NCBI RefSeq assembly: GCF_004296475.1
Contig: NZ_AP018162.1
Coordinates: 180,001-212,000 of the forward strand
Origin: Candidatus Saccharimonadota bacterium
Lineage (GTDB): Bacteria > Pseudomonadota > Gammaproteobacteria > Enterobacterales > Enterobacteriaceae
DNA: 32,000 nt
Direction of reading: 5' to 3'
Shown one piece after another: positions 17,659 to 26,761 of the stretch. A model generated the notes under the pieces. The model was not told the origin of the DNA. It saw nothing but the letters and a program-made list of their open reading frames with translations, and did not search any database. The translations under genes were made by a program, and so were the position numbers. Each line of letters starts with the position of its first letter. The first letter of the stretch is position 1.

Positions 17659-19496
17659 TTATCATTTACTGTAATATCTGATTTTTTTATTAAATTACTT
17701 ACTAATAGATCAATTACAACATTATTTAATATAGATTTAAATATATTTTCATATATAATTTTATGTTTATTTTCTTTATTAATATATTTGTTTTTAATTT
17801 TATCTAAAGATATTAATATTAAATTTTCTTTATCTAAAAATTTTGTTTTATAATTTGATTTATTATTTACCATACTCATAGAAAATATTATATCACTTAT
17901 ATAATTAAATTTTTTAGAAAAAAAATTTATTGTTTCTGGTTTACTAAAACAAAAATTATATTTTTCTTTTGCTTTATTTTCATCTCCTTTATTACATAAA
18001 TTTAATATTTCATTTTCTAATTTATTTATATTATTAAACATAATATTATTATATATATCTTTTCTTGATTCATTAATACCCATTATTTTAGGAGGTATAT
18101 TTAATATTTCATCTATTAATATTAAAGAATTTGAATTTAATAAAAATATATTATTTTTTTTATTTTTTAATAATTTTTTACAAAAATCAAAAAATGAAAA
18201 TCTATTTATTATTTCTGAATTTATTGTTCTAGGTATATTCTTTTTATTAAACCATAAACTTTCTTCTATTTTTAAAAAATTATATTTATTTAAAATATAT
18301 TTTATTAAATCTTCATTATATTTATTATCATAAATTTTATTATATATATAATTAAATAGTTTATTAACTTCAATTAATTTATAATCATTTAATATTATAT
18401 TTTTATTTTTTTCACTAAAATCATTAAAAGATATTATTTTTTTATTACATATATCAATTAATTGTAATAATACGTAATAATTTTTATGTTTAAATATATT
18501 AGAAATTTCTCCTATATTATTCAAATTAAAATTTTTAAAGAAATTATTATCTGAATCTATCCATTTAGTAAACTCAATTTTATTAAATTTCAATTCTTTT
18601 GATATATTATCTTCTGATATTAATATATTTTTATTTTTTTTTAATAAATTTGATGCTAATTTACAATCATTTATACTATTAAAATTTAATATTACATATT
18701 TTTTATTTTTTTCTAAATTGCTATATTTTTTTTTTATTTTATTAAACCAAATATAAAAATTTTCATTTATATTTATATTATCAAATATATTTTTTTTATT
18801 AATAAATATATATTTAATCTTAAATAAATCTAAACTATAAGGTTTGTTTTCATTATAATATTTTAATATTTCATCTTCAGATATATTTTTATTATTCAAT
18901 ATTTTTTTTACATTTATATTAGCTAATCTAATTTCTCTATCTTGGCTTAATATTGGTAATAAATTTATATCTTCATTTGGTAAATAAAATTCTATATCTT
19001 TAAAATGTTTATTAATTTCAGAAAATGAAATTTTATTTATTGATATATTATTGTAATGTTTTGGTATATTTTTTATTTCATTATTATCTATATCAGTTTG
19101 TAAAGGAATTCTATTATATAATTTATATAATATAATTTTTAATTTGTCTATTTCATTTTTATTTAAATTGTTTTTATTATTTATTATTGATAAATAATAT
19201 TTTGATAATAATGTTTCTTTAATTATTTTAAATATTATATTTTTTTTTGTATTATTTAAATTATCAAATATAACATCAGAAATATTAAAACCGTATTCAT
19301 AACTTTGCTTTCTTATCTCATTATCAAATTCAAATTTAGTTTGATCTGCACTTATTTTTTCATTATTTATCTTTATTATAAAATCTTTTTGTTTAATCAT
19401 TAAGTAATTCAACATACAACTACATATTAAAGATATACATATAAAATATAATAATGATTTTAATACAAAATTACTAAAATTTTTAATATTAATCAT
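17643..19496 (-). CDS. ppiD: Periplasmic folding chaperone PpiD
   Basis: 617 aa (E. coli PpiD is 623 aa) with a single N-terminal TM helix. KINNEKISADQTKFEF parallels E. coli KVNGQEISRGQFENAF. It lies immediately downstream of lon, as in E. coli lon-hupB-ppiD. Confidence 0.7.
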   Translation of the reverse strand: MINIKNFSNFVLKSLLYFICISLICSCMLNYLMIKQKDFIIKINNEKISADQTKFEFDNEIRKQSYEYGFNISDVIFDNLNNTKKNIIFKIIKETLLSKYYLSIINNKNNLNKNEIDKLKIILYKLYNRIPLQTDIDNNEIKNIPKHYNNISINKISFSEINKHFKDIEFYLPNEDINLLPILSQDREIRLANINVKKILNNKNISEDEILKYYNENKPYSLDLFKIKYIFINKKNIFDNININENFYIWFNKIKKKYSNLEKNKKYVILNFNSINDCKLASNLLKKNKNILISEDNISKELKFNKIEFTKWIDSDNNFFKNFNLNNIGEISNIFKHKNYYVLLQLIDICNKKIISFNDFSEKNKNIILNDYKLIEVNKLFNYIYNKIYDNKYNEDLIKYILNKYNFLKIEESLWFNKKNIPRTINSEIINRFSFFDFCKKLLKNKKNNIFLLNSNSLILIDEILNIPPKIMGINESRKDIYNNIMFNNINKLENEILNLCNKGDENKAKEKYNFCFSKPETINFFSKKFNYISDIIFSMSMVNNKSNYKTKFLDKENLILISLDKIKNKYINKENKHKIIYENIFKSILNNVVIDLLVSNLIKKSDITVNDNCLNF

Positions 19497-19500
19497 TTTA

Positions 19501-21861
19501 TTAACTAAAATTTTTTAAAGGATTATTTATAAATGATAATAATATAACTTCATTTATATTATTAACTAAATGTATATTTAAATTATATAATATATCTTTT
19601 TCTAATTCTTCTAAATCATAATTATTATTTTTAGGTATAATTATATTATTTATACCATTTCTTTTAGCTGCTAATATTTTTTCTTTTAAACCTCCTATTG
19701 GTAAAATATTTCCATATAATGTTATTTCTCCAGTCATTGCTATATTAGATTTTACCGGGATATTTAATAATGAAGAAATTAATGCAATACATATTGTTAT
19801 ACCAGCACTTGGTCCATCTTTATGAATTGATGTTTCAGGCATATGTACATGTATATCTATATCTTCATAATTATTTTTTATATCTAATATATCAGAAATA
19901 TGCTTTATAAAAGTTAATGAAGTTTTAATAGATTCTTTTATAATATCTCCTAATGACCCAGTATATATTAGTCTACCTTTTCCTTTATTTATTAAAATTT
20001 CAACTGGCATTATATCTCCTCCTGATTCAGTCCATGCTAATCCATTAACTATGCCTATTTGATTTTCTTTATTATAATATTTTTCATAATCAAATTTTTT
20101 TGGACCAAGAAATTTATTTATATTATCAATATTAATTTCTATTGATTTTATATTATTATCATTTTCAATTAAAGTTACCACTTTTCTACAAATTTTAGAA
20201 ATTTGTTTTTCTAAATTTCTTACACCTGATTCTTGTGTATAATATCTTATTATATTAATAATAGAATCATTATTTATTTTTATTTCACTTTTTTTTAAAA
20301 AATTTTGATTTATTTGTTTTGTAAATAAGTAATTTTTTGCTATATTTAATTTTTCATCTTCTGTATAACTTGATATATTTATTATCTCCATTCTATCAAG
20401 TAATGGGATAGGTATATTTGATATTGAATTAGATGTAGTAATAAACATAACTTCAGATAAATCATAATCTAATTCTATATAATGATCATTAAATGAGTAA
20501 TTTTGATCAGGATCTAATACTTCTAATAATGCTGAAGAAGGATCCCCTCTTAAATCAGAAGACATTTTATCTATTTCATCTAATAGAAATAACGGATTTT
20601 TAACCCCAACTTTAGAAATTCTTTGTATTATTTTTCCTGGCATTGAGCCTATATATGTTCTTCTATGACCTCTTATTTCAGATTCATCTTTTAATCCACC
20701 AAGAGATATTTTTATATATTTTCTTCCAGTAGCTTTAGCTATTGATTTACCTAATGAAGTTTTACCAACCCCAGGAGGGCCTACAAAGCATAATATAGGC
20801 CCTTTAATTTTATTATTCTTAGATCTTATTTGCACAGATAAATATTCTAATATTCTCTCTTTTACTTTTTTTAATCCATAATGATCATTATCTAAAATTG
20901 TTTTAGCATAATTTATATCAGATTTTAATTTTGTTTTTTTTTTCCAAGGTATTATTAATAACCAATCTATATAGTTTCTAACTACTGTAGATTCAGCAGA
21001 CATCATTGGCATATTTTTTAATTTATTTAATTCATTTTTTATTTTTAATTTTATTTCCTTAGAAGATTTTAAATCATTTATTTTTTTTTCAAAAATTTCA
21101 TATTCGTCTATATTATCTTTATTCCCTAATTCTTTCTGTATCGCTTTTATTTGTTCATTTAAATAATATTCCTTTTGACTTTTTTCCATTTGTTTTTTTA
21201 TTCTATTCCTTATTTTTTTTTCTATAATAAGAATATCTAATTCTTTTTCTATTATTTTTATTAGAAAATTTATTCTATTTAATATATTTGATTCTTCTAA
21301 TATATATTGTTTATCATTTATTTTTATTGGAAGATTAGATGATATAATATCTACGAGTTTTGATATATTATTAAATTCTATATTGTATATAGAATTTAAT
21401 ATATCTATAGATATTTTTTTATCTAATTTTATATAATCTTCAAATTTATTTATTAAAATTTTACAATATGCTTCTTTTTCATTATTAGTTAAGTTACATA
21501 TTTCTTTTATATATTCTAATTCTGATATAAAAAAATTACCATTATCATATATATTTTTTATTTTAATTCTATTTAATCCTTCTATTAAAATTTTTATTGT
21601 GCCATTATGTAATCTAACAAATTGTAAAACTATAGATAATGTACCTACATTAAATAAATCGTCTATATTTGGAAAATCTTTATTTGATTCTTTTTGAGTA
21701 ACTAAAATTATTTTTTTATCTTTTCTCATTACCTCTTCTAAACATTTTATTGATTTATCTCTTCCTATAAATAAAGGTAATATTATAAAAGGATATACAA
21801 TAATATCTCTTAAAGGTAATATTGGAATTAATAATTTATTATTTAATTTATTATTTATCAT
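19501..21861 (-). CDS. lon: ATP-dependent Lon protease
   Basis: 786 aa with Walker A GPPGVGKTSLGKS, Walker B LFLLDEIDK, and the protease active-site region KDGPSAGITI. Confidence 0.97.
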   Translation of the reverse strand: MINNKLNNKLLIPILPLRDIIVYPFIILPLFIGRDKSIKCLEEVMRKDKKIILVTQKESNKDFPNIDDLFNVGTLSIVLQFVRLHNGTIKILIEGLNRIKIKNIYDNGNFFISELEYIKEICNLTNNEKEAYCKILINKFEDYIKLDKKISIDILNSIYNIEFNNISKLVDIISSNLPIKINDKQYILEESNILNRINFLIKIIEKELDILIIEKKIRNRIKKQMEKSQKEYYLNEQIKAIQKELGNKDNIDEYEIFEKKINDLKSSKEIKLKIKNELNKLKNMPMMSAESTVVRNYIDWLLIIPWKKKTKLKSDINYAKTILDNDHYGLKKVKERILEYLSVQIRSKNNKIKGPILCFVGPPGVGKTSLGKSIAKATGRKYIKISLGGLKDESEIRGHRRTYIGSMPGKIIQRISKVGVKNPLFLLDEIDKMSSDLRGDPSSALLEVLDPDQNYSFNDHYIELDYDLSEVMFITTSNSISNIPIPLLDRMEIINISSYTEDEKLNIAKNYLFTKQINQNFLKKSEIKINNDSIINIIRYYTQESGVRNLEKQISKICRKVVTLIENDNNIKSIEINIDNINKFLGPKKFDYEKYYNKENQIGIVNGLAWTESGGDIMPVEILINKGKGRLIYTGSLGDIIKESIKTSLTFIKHISDILDIKNNYEDIDIHVHMPETSIHKDGPSAGITICIALISSLLNIPVKSNIAMTGEITLYGNILPIGGLKEKILAAKRNGINNIIIPKNNNYDLEELEKDILYNLNIHLVNNINEVILLSFINNPLKNFS

Positions 21862-22002
21862 ATTTTTATTTTAATAATTAATTTAATAATATAATTATTT
21901 TATTAGTTAAAATATATAATTTTTTTAAAAATGTTTAATTAAATTTATAAATTAATTTAAGGAAATGTATTGTAATATTATATTTTTTTTTAAATTAAAT
22001 AA

Positions 22003-22076
22003 CGGTGCGGACGGGATTTGAACCCGTGACCCTCGGCGTGACAGACCGATGTTCTAACCATCTGAACTACCGCACC
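22003..22076 (-). tRNA. tRNA-Asp (anticodon GUC)
   Basis: Reverse complement is GGTGCGG TA GTTC AGATGGTTA GAAC A TCGGT CTGTCAC GCCGA GGGTC ACGGG TTCAAAT CCCGT CCGCACC G. It is downstream of dnaQ, as with E. coli dnaQ-aspV. No CCA is encoded. Confidence 0.93.
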
Positions 22077-22100
22077 AATAGATAATATTATATATTAAGT

Positions 22101-22793
22101 TTAATTATTAATATATTTTTTTTTTATAAAATTAAAAAAAATATTATTACTTAATATTTCTTTTTTATTTGCATAAATTATTTTAATATTTTTTTTATTT
22201 AATATATTATATTCTATATTATTTTTATTATTAATATCAAAATCTATTTTTATTTGGTTACTAGTTAATTTTAAAAAAACTTCAGCTAAAATATTTGCAT
22301 CTAATAATGCACTATGAAATTTTCTATCTTTATTATTTACAGATAATCTAAAACATAAATCATTTAAATTATTTTTTTTACAAGGAAATACCTTTCTTGC
22401 TATATTTAAACTATCTATTATAGTACATATTTTATCTATTTTTATTTCTTTTTTTAAATTAAGCATATTTATTTCATTATTTATAAAACCTACATCAAAT
22501 CTTGCATTATGTATTATTAAATCTGAGCCTTTTATAAATTTTATAAATTCAACTATTTTATCTTTAAATAAAGGTTTATCTTTTAAAAAATCTTCTTTTA
22601 TATTATGTATTTTATATGCTTCTTTATCTATTAATCTTCTAGGATTAAGATATGTATGAAATTTTTTACCTGTTATTTTTCTATCTAATATTTCTACAGC
22701 TGCTATTTCTATTATTTTATGACCTAAATAATGAGCTCCAAATTTATTTATTCCTGTTGTTTCTGTATCCAACGCTATTTGTCTTTTTTTCAT
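22101..22793 (-). CDS. dnaQ: DNA polymerase III epsilon subunit (3'-5' proofreading exonuclease)
   Basis: 230 aa with Exo I IALDTETTG, Exo II IHNARFDVGF and Exo III HSALLDANILAEVF. It is divergent from rnhA as in E. coli. Confidence 0.94.
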   Translation of the reverse strand: MKKRQIALDTETTGINKFGAHYLGHKIIEIAAVEILDRKITGKKFHTYLNPRRLIDKEAYKIHNIKEDFLKDKPLFKDKIVEFIKFIKGSDLIIHNARFDVGFINNEINMLNLKKEIKIDKICTIIDSLNIARKVFPCKKNNLNDLCFRLSVNNKDRKFHSALLDANILAEVFLKLTSNQIKIDFDINNKNNIEYNILNKKNIKIIYANKKEILSNNIFFNFIKKKYINN

Positions 22794-22819
22794 AACATTT
22801 ATATTTTAAAATATTTAAT

Positions 22820-23317
22820 ATGAAAATGATAGATACATTCATTGATGGATCATGTATTAAAAACCCAGGACCTGGAGGATATGGTATTTTAATTAAATAT
22901 AATAATTATACAAAAGAAATAAGTAATGGATATTATTTAACAACTAATAATAGAATGGAATTAATGGGGGCTTTAATTTTATTAAAAAATATTAACAAAA
23001 AATATATTTTAAAAATAAATACAGATAGTATGTATTTAAAATTAGGAATAACTAAATGGATTTATAATTGGAAAAATAATAATTGGAAATTATATAATAA
23101 AAAAGAAATTAAAAATTTAGATTTATGGAAATTATTATATTTTAATATATGTAAATTTAAAATTATAAATTGGAATTGGATAAAAAGTCATTCAGGTGTA
23201 AAAGAAAATGAAAGATGTGATTTTTTAGCTAAACTTTCATCATACAACCCAAAACTAAAAGATTATGGATATGAAAAACAAAATTATGATAAATATAAAA
23301 GAATCAATTATAAATGA
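22820..23317 (+). CDS. rnhA: Ribonuclease HI
   Basis: 165 aa. DGSCIKNPGPGGYGILI, TNNRMELMG, TDSMY and HSGVKENERCDFLAK are present. It extends about 10 aa beyond the E. coli C-terminus, running into argS. Confidence 0.92.
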   Translation: MKMIDTFIDGSCIKNPGPGGYGILIKYNNYTKEISNGYYLTTNNRMELMGALILLKNINKKYILKINTDSMYLKLGITKWIYNWKNNNWKLYNKKEIKNLDLWKLLYFNICKFKIINWNWIKSHSGVKENERCDFLAKLSSYNPKLKDYGYEKQNYDKYKRINYK

Positions 23318-25007
23318 TATATATAATATATTTAATTTATATAAAATAAATATCATAAAAAAAAAAATAATATTAAGAGAAAGTAAATTATTTGGTGATT
23401 ATAAAATAGATGGGATATTTAATATATTAAAAAATATAAGTAATAAAGATATTTTATTAAATAAAATAATAGAAAAAATTAAAAAAAATAAATTTATTGA
23501 AAAAGTAATACTAATAAATAATTTTATAAATATATATTTAAGCAATGAATATATAGAAAATAATATATTAAATATGTTATGTAATAAATTTAATATAAAT
23601 AAAAAAATTAATACAAATACTATAGTTATAGATTATTCATCACCAAATATGGCAAAAGAACTTCATATAGGTCATATAAGATCAACTTTTATAGGCGATT
23701 CTATATCTAATATATTAAAATTTATTGGTAATAAAGTAATAAAAGTAAGTCATATAGGAGATTGGGGGATAAATTTTGGTATGATAATATATGAGTTTAT
23801 GATAAATGGTTTTAATGAATATTCAGATATATCAATATATGATATAGAAAAATTATATATTAAATCTAGAATTAAATATTTAAATGATAAAAATTTTAAT
23901 AAAAATTCTAATATTATTTTTAAAAAATTACAAGATAAAAATACTTATATAACAAATATATGGAATAAAATAATAAAAATATCAATAATGAATATTTTAA
24001 GAATATATAAAATTATGAATATATCATTAAAATTAAACAATATAATAGGAGAAAGTTATTATCAAAAATTTATACCAGAAATAATAGATGATTTGACTAA
24101 TAAAAATATTTTAAAAGAATATAATGGTTCTAAAATAATATTTTTAAAAAAATTTAAAAATAAAGAAAATAAAATTATGGGGATAATTTTACAAAAAAAA
24201 GACGGAACATATTTATATTCATCAACCGAAATTGCATCTATAAAATATAGATTAAATATATTAAAAGCTAATAAAATTATTTATTATGTAGATAGTAGAC
24301 AATCAGATCATATAAAATTTTCATATGAAATATCAAAAATTGCTGGATATATACCAAAAAATTCATATATAGAGCATCATATATTTGGTATGATATTAAA
24401 TAAAGATAATAAACCATTTAAAACAAGAGATGGTGATTTATTAAAATTAATAGATATAATAAAAGAAGTAAAATATAAAATAAAAAAAGATCTTAAATAT
24501 AAGATAAAATGTAAAAGAAAAATAAATAATATAGTAAATAATTTAAGTATAGGATCAATAAAATATTTTGAATTATCTAAAAATAGATTTAATAATTATA
24601 TATTTAAAATAGATAATATAATATCTATTAATAAAAATACATTTTTTTATATACAATATACATATATTAGAATATGTTCGTTAATAAATAAATATAAAAT
24701 TAAAAATAAAAAAAATATATCAGATTTAAAAGTAGAATTTAAAATATATAATAAATATGAAAGAGATCTTGCTATTAATATAATAAATTTTGAGGAAAAA
24801 ATAATACTTTCTGGTAATAATGGATTACCAAATATATTATGTGATTATATTTATATGATATCAACAAAATTTTCTATTTTTTATGAAAAATGTAAAATTT
24901 TAGAAACAAATACTATTAATAGTAAATTAAATTTAATAATATTGACTTCTAAAATAATAAAAATATCATTAAATTTATTAGGTATAAAAACATTAAATAA
25001 AATTTAA
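23286..25007 (+). CDS. argS: Arginine--tRNA ligase
   Basis: IVIDYSSPNMAKELHIGHIRSTFIGD contains HIGH, and SHIGDWG is present. I prefer ATG at 23286 (MINIKES.. vs E. coli MNIQALLS..). The ORF track starts at an upstream ATG at 23265. Either start overlaps the rnhA 3' end. Confidence 0.93.
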   Translation: MINIKESIINDIYNIFNLYKINIIKKKIILRESKLFGDYKIDGIFNILKNISNKDILLNKIIEKIKKNKFIEKVILINNFINIYLSNEYIENNILNMLCNKFNINKKINTNTIVIDYSSPNMAKELHIGHIRSTFIGDSISNILKFIGNKVIKVSHIGDWGINFGMIIYEFMINGFNEYSDISIYDIEKLYIKSRIKYLNDKNFNKNSNIIFKKLQDKNTYITNIWNKIIKISIMNILRIYKIMNISLKLNNIIGESYYQKFIPEIIDDLTNKNILKEYNGSKIIFLKKFKNKENKIMGIILQKKDGTYLYSSTEIASIKYRLNILKANKIIYYVDSRQSDHIKFSYEISKIAGYIPKNSYIEHHIFGMILNKDNKPFKTRDGDLLKLIDIIKEVKYKIKKDLKYKIKCKRKINNIVNNLSIGSIKYFELSKNRFNNYIFKIDNIISINKNTFFYIQYTYIRICSLINKYKIKNKKNISDLKVEFKIYNKYERDLAINIINFEEKIILSGNNGLPNILCDYIYMISTKFSIFYEKCKILETNTINSKLNLIILTSKIIKISLNLLGIKTLNKI

Positions 25008-26509
25008 AATTTTTTTAATAAAAAGAATGATACTAAATAAGATAATTTACCTATTAATATTAAAGATACTAATTTTATTAATCTAATAAATAAATTGTTA
25101 TAATCAAAAATTTTTATATATTTTTTACCTATTTTTAAAGATATTATCATTACTAATGATGATATAAATATTTTGTATAAAATATTTAACCAATCAATTT
25201 TATCTTTAAATAATTTATTTTTTATTAACATATAATATAATATTATAGAATTAATTAATGATGTTAATGTTATAGATAAAGATAATCCTATATGTTTAAA
25301 TTTAAATATTAATAAAAAGTTTATAAATTGTGTTAAAAATAAAGTTAATACAGAAGATTTTAATACAGTTTTATTATCTTGATATGAACTAAATGCAACA
25401 TTTAATAATTTTAATATAACTATTGATGTTAATCCCAATGAATAATATATTAATGATTCTTTTGTCATTAAAGTGTCAAATTTAGAAAATTTTCCATATT
25501 GGAATAATGATACTATTATTTCTTCAGATAATATTATTATTATAATAGATGCTGGTATAGATAATAATAAACTTAATCTTATACCCCAATTTAATATATC
25601 AGAATATTTATCTATATTATTTATATTATTTGACAATATAGGAAATATTATTGTGCTTAAAGAAACTCCTAAAACACCAGATGAAAATTCTATTATCTTA
25701 TCTGAATAGTATAGCCAAGATATTGATCCAGGATTTAAAAACGATACTAATATAGTATTTAATATATTAGATATTTGACTAACTAAAACATTAATAGTTA
25801 TAGGTATAATTTTATATATAATATTAAATATATTTTTATCTATACTGAAATTTGGTATTAAATTTATATTAAATAAAAATTTTAAAGAAAACAAATGAAT
25901 AATTAGTTGTAATATATTACCTACTATTATAGATATTGGTAATAATATTATATTTGTACTATTATACAAATTAATTATTAATATTAAAAAGATCCCAGTA
26001 ACTAAATTAGATATAGATGGTGATATAGATGAAACAGTAAAATTATTAAATATATTTAATACAGATCCGGAAAAAGATATAAATGAAATTATAAATATAT
26101 AAGGTAATAATATTTTAAATAAATTTACAGTTAATAAAAATTCATTATAATTATTACTTACTCCAGGAGCTATAATTTTAATCATATTAGATGAAAATAA
26201 TAAACATAAAGACATTATTATAAATAATAATATTATTAAAAATCCAGAAATCTTTTTTATAAATATTTTTGTATCTTTAATACTATTATTATTTTTGTAA
26301 TCTACTAATATTGGTATTAAAACTTGAAAAAATATACCATCAGCTAATATTCTTTTAAATAAATTTATTAATCTAAATGATATAAAAAATGAATCTGTAT
26401 TTAAACCAGCTCCAAATATTTTTGCTATAACTATATCTTTAATAAATCCAATAACTTTTGAAATTAAAGTTATATTACTTACTAATACTAAATTTTTGAT
26501 TAAATTCAT
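25004..26509 (-). CDS. murJ: Lipid II flippase MurJ (MviN)
   Basis: 501-aa polytopic ORF. MNLIKNLVLVSNITLISKVIGFIKDIVIAKIFGAGLNTDSFFISFRLINLFKRILADG is colinear with E. coli MurJ [58 protein letters not shown]. Confidence 0.93.
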   Translation of the reverse strand: MNLIKNLVLVSNITLISKVIGFIKDIVIAKIFGAGLNTDSFFISFRLINLFKRILADGIFFQVLIPILVDYKNNNSIKDTKIFIKKISGFLIILLFIIMSLCLLFSSNMIKIIAPGVSNNYNEFLLTVNLFKILLPYIFIISFISFSGSVLNIFNNFTVSSISPSISNLVTGIFLILIINLYNSTNIILLPISIIVGNILQLIIHLFSLKFLFNINLIPNFSIDKNIFNIIYKIIPITINVLVSQISNILNTILVSFLNPGSISWLYYSDKIIEFSSGVLGVSLSTIIFPILSNNINNIDKYSDILNWGIRLSLLLSIPASIIIIILSEEIIVSLFQYGKFSKFDTLMTKESLIYYSLGLTSIVILKLLNVAFSSYQDNKTVLKSSVLTLFLTQFINFLLIFKFKHIGLSLSITLTSLINSIILYYMLIKNKLFKDKIDWLNILYKIFISSLVMIISLKIGKKYIKIFDYNNLFIRLIKLVSLILIGKLSYLVSFFLLKKF

Positions 26510-26526
26510 ATTTTTATATATTTTAT

Positions 26527-26621
26527 TAGTGAGAGAGGGATTTGAACCCTCGAGTATAAAAATATATTTTTATACACATATTTTTACAAATATGTTCTTT
26601 AAGCCGCTCAGACATCTCACT
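26527..26621 (-). tRNA. tRNA-Tyr (anticodon GUA), class II, non-canonical (8-nt anticodon loop, 9-bp variable-arm stem)
   Basis: Reverse complement is AGTGAGA TG TCT GAGCGGCTTAA AGA A CATAT TTGTAAAA ATATG T GTATAAAAA TATA TTTTTATAC TC GAGGG TTCAAAT CCCTC TCTCACT A. The D-arm is colinear with E. coli tRNA-Tyr (CCC GAGCGGCCAAA GGG). The discriminator is A, and no CCA is encoded. Confidence 0.8.
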
Positions 26622-26623
26622 TT

Positions 26624-26695
26624 AGTCGATAATAGGAATTAAACCTATAACTGTACATTACGAATGTATTGTTTTAATCATTAAACTATATCGAC
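26624..26695 (-). tRNA. tRNA-Thr (anticodon CGU), structurally degenerate
   Basis: Reverse complement is GTCGATA TA GTTT AATGATTA AAAC A ATACA TTCGTAA TGTAC AGTT ATAGG TTTAATT CCTAT TATCGAC T. The acceptor, anticodon and T stems resemble E. coli tRNA-Thr(CGU), GCCGAUAUAG...CAUUCGUAAUG...UAGGUU..CCUAUUAUCGGC. It lies 2 nt upstream of tRNA-Tyr. No CCA is encoded. Confidence 0.78.
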
Positions 26696-26761
26696 ATTTT
26701 AATATTCATAATATAATATTATTTTAATTATATATAATTTTTATTAATAAATATACAAGTT

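Noticed and set aside
21862-22002. The largest non-coding spacer in the window (141 nt), upstream of lon. I examined it for a sigma-32 heat-shock promoter, a small ORF or an sRNA.
   Set aside because: There is only a weak CTTAAA-like -35 resemblance and no CCCCAT-type -10 at suitable spacing. There is no ORF and no G/C-supported structure. TATAAT-like hexamers occur everywhere at this A+T content, so promoter calls here or in the other spacers (2063..2139, 5119..5227, 26696..26761, 29826..29911) are not supportable from sequence alone.
25473-25709. 78-aa plus-strand ORF.
   Set aside because: It is antisense inside murJ, with no motif.
26554-26575. Perfect 9-bp A/T hairpin with a TATA loop, which at first sight looks like a terminator or a small palindromic repeat.
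   Set aside because: It falls exactly where the class II variable arm of tRNA-Tyr must be. It is reported as part of that tRNA rather than as a separate element.
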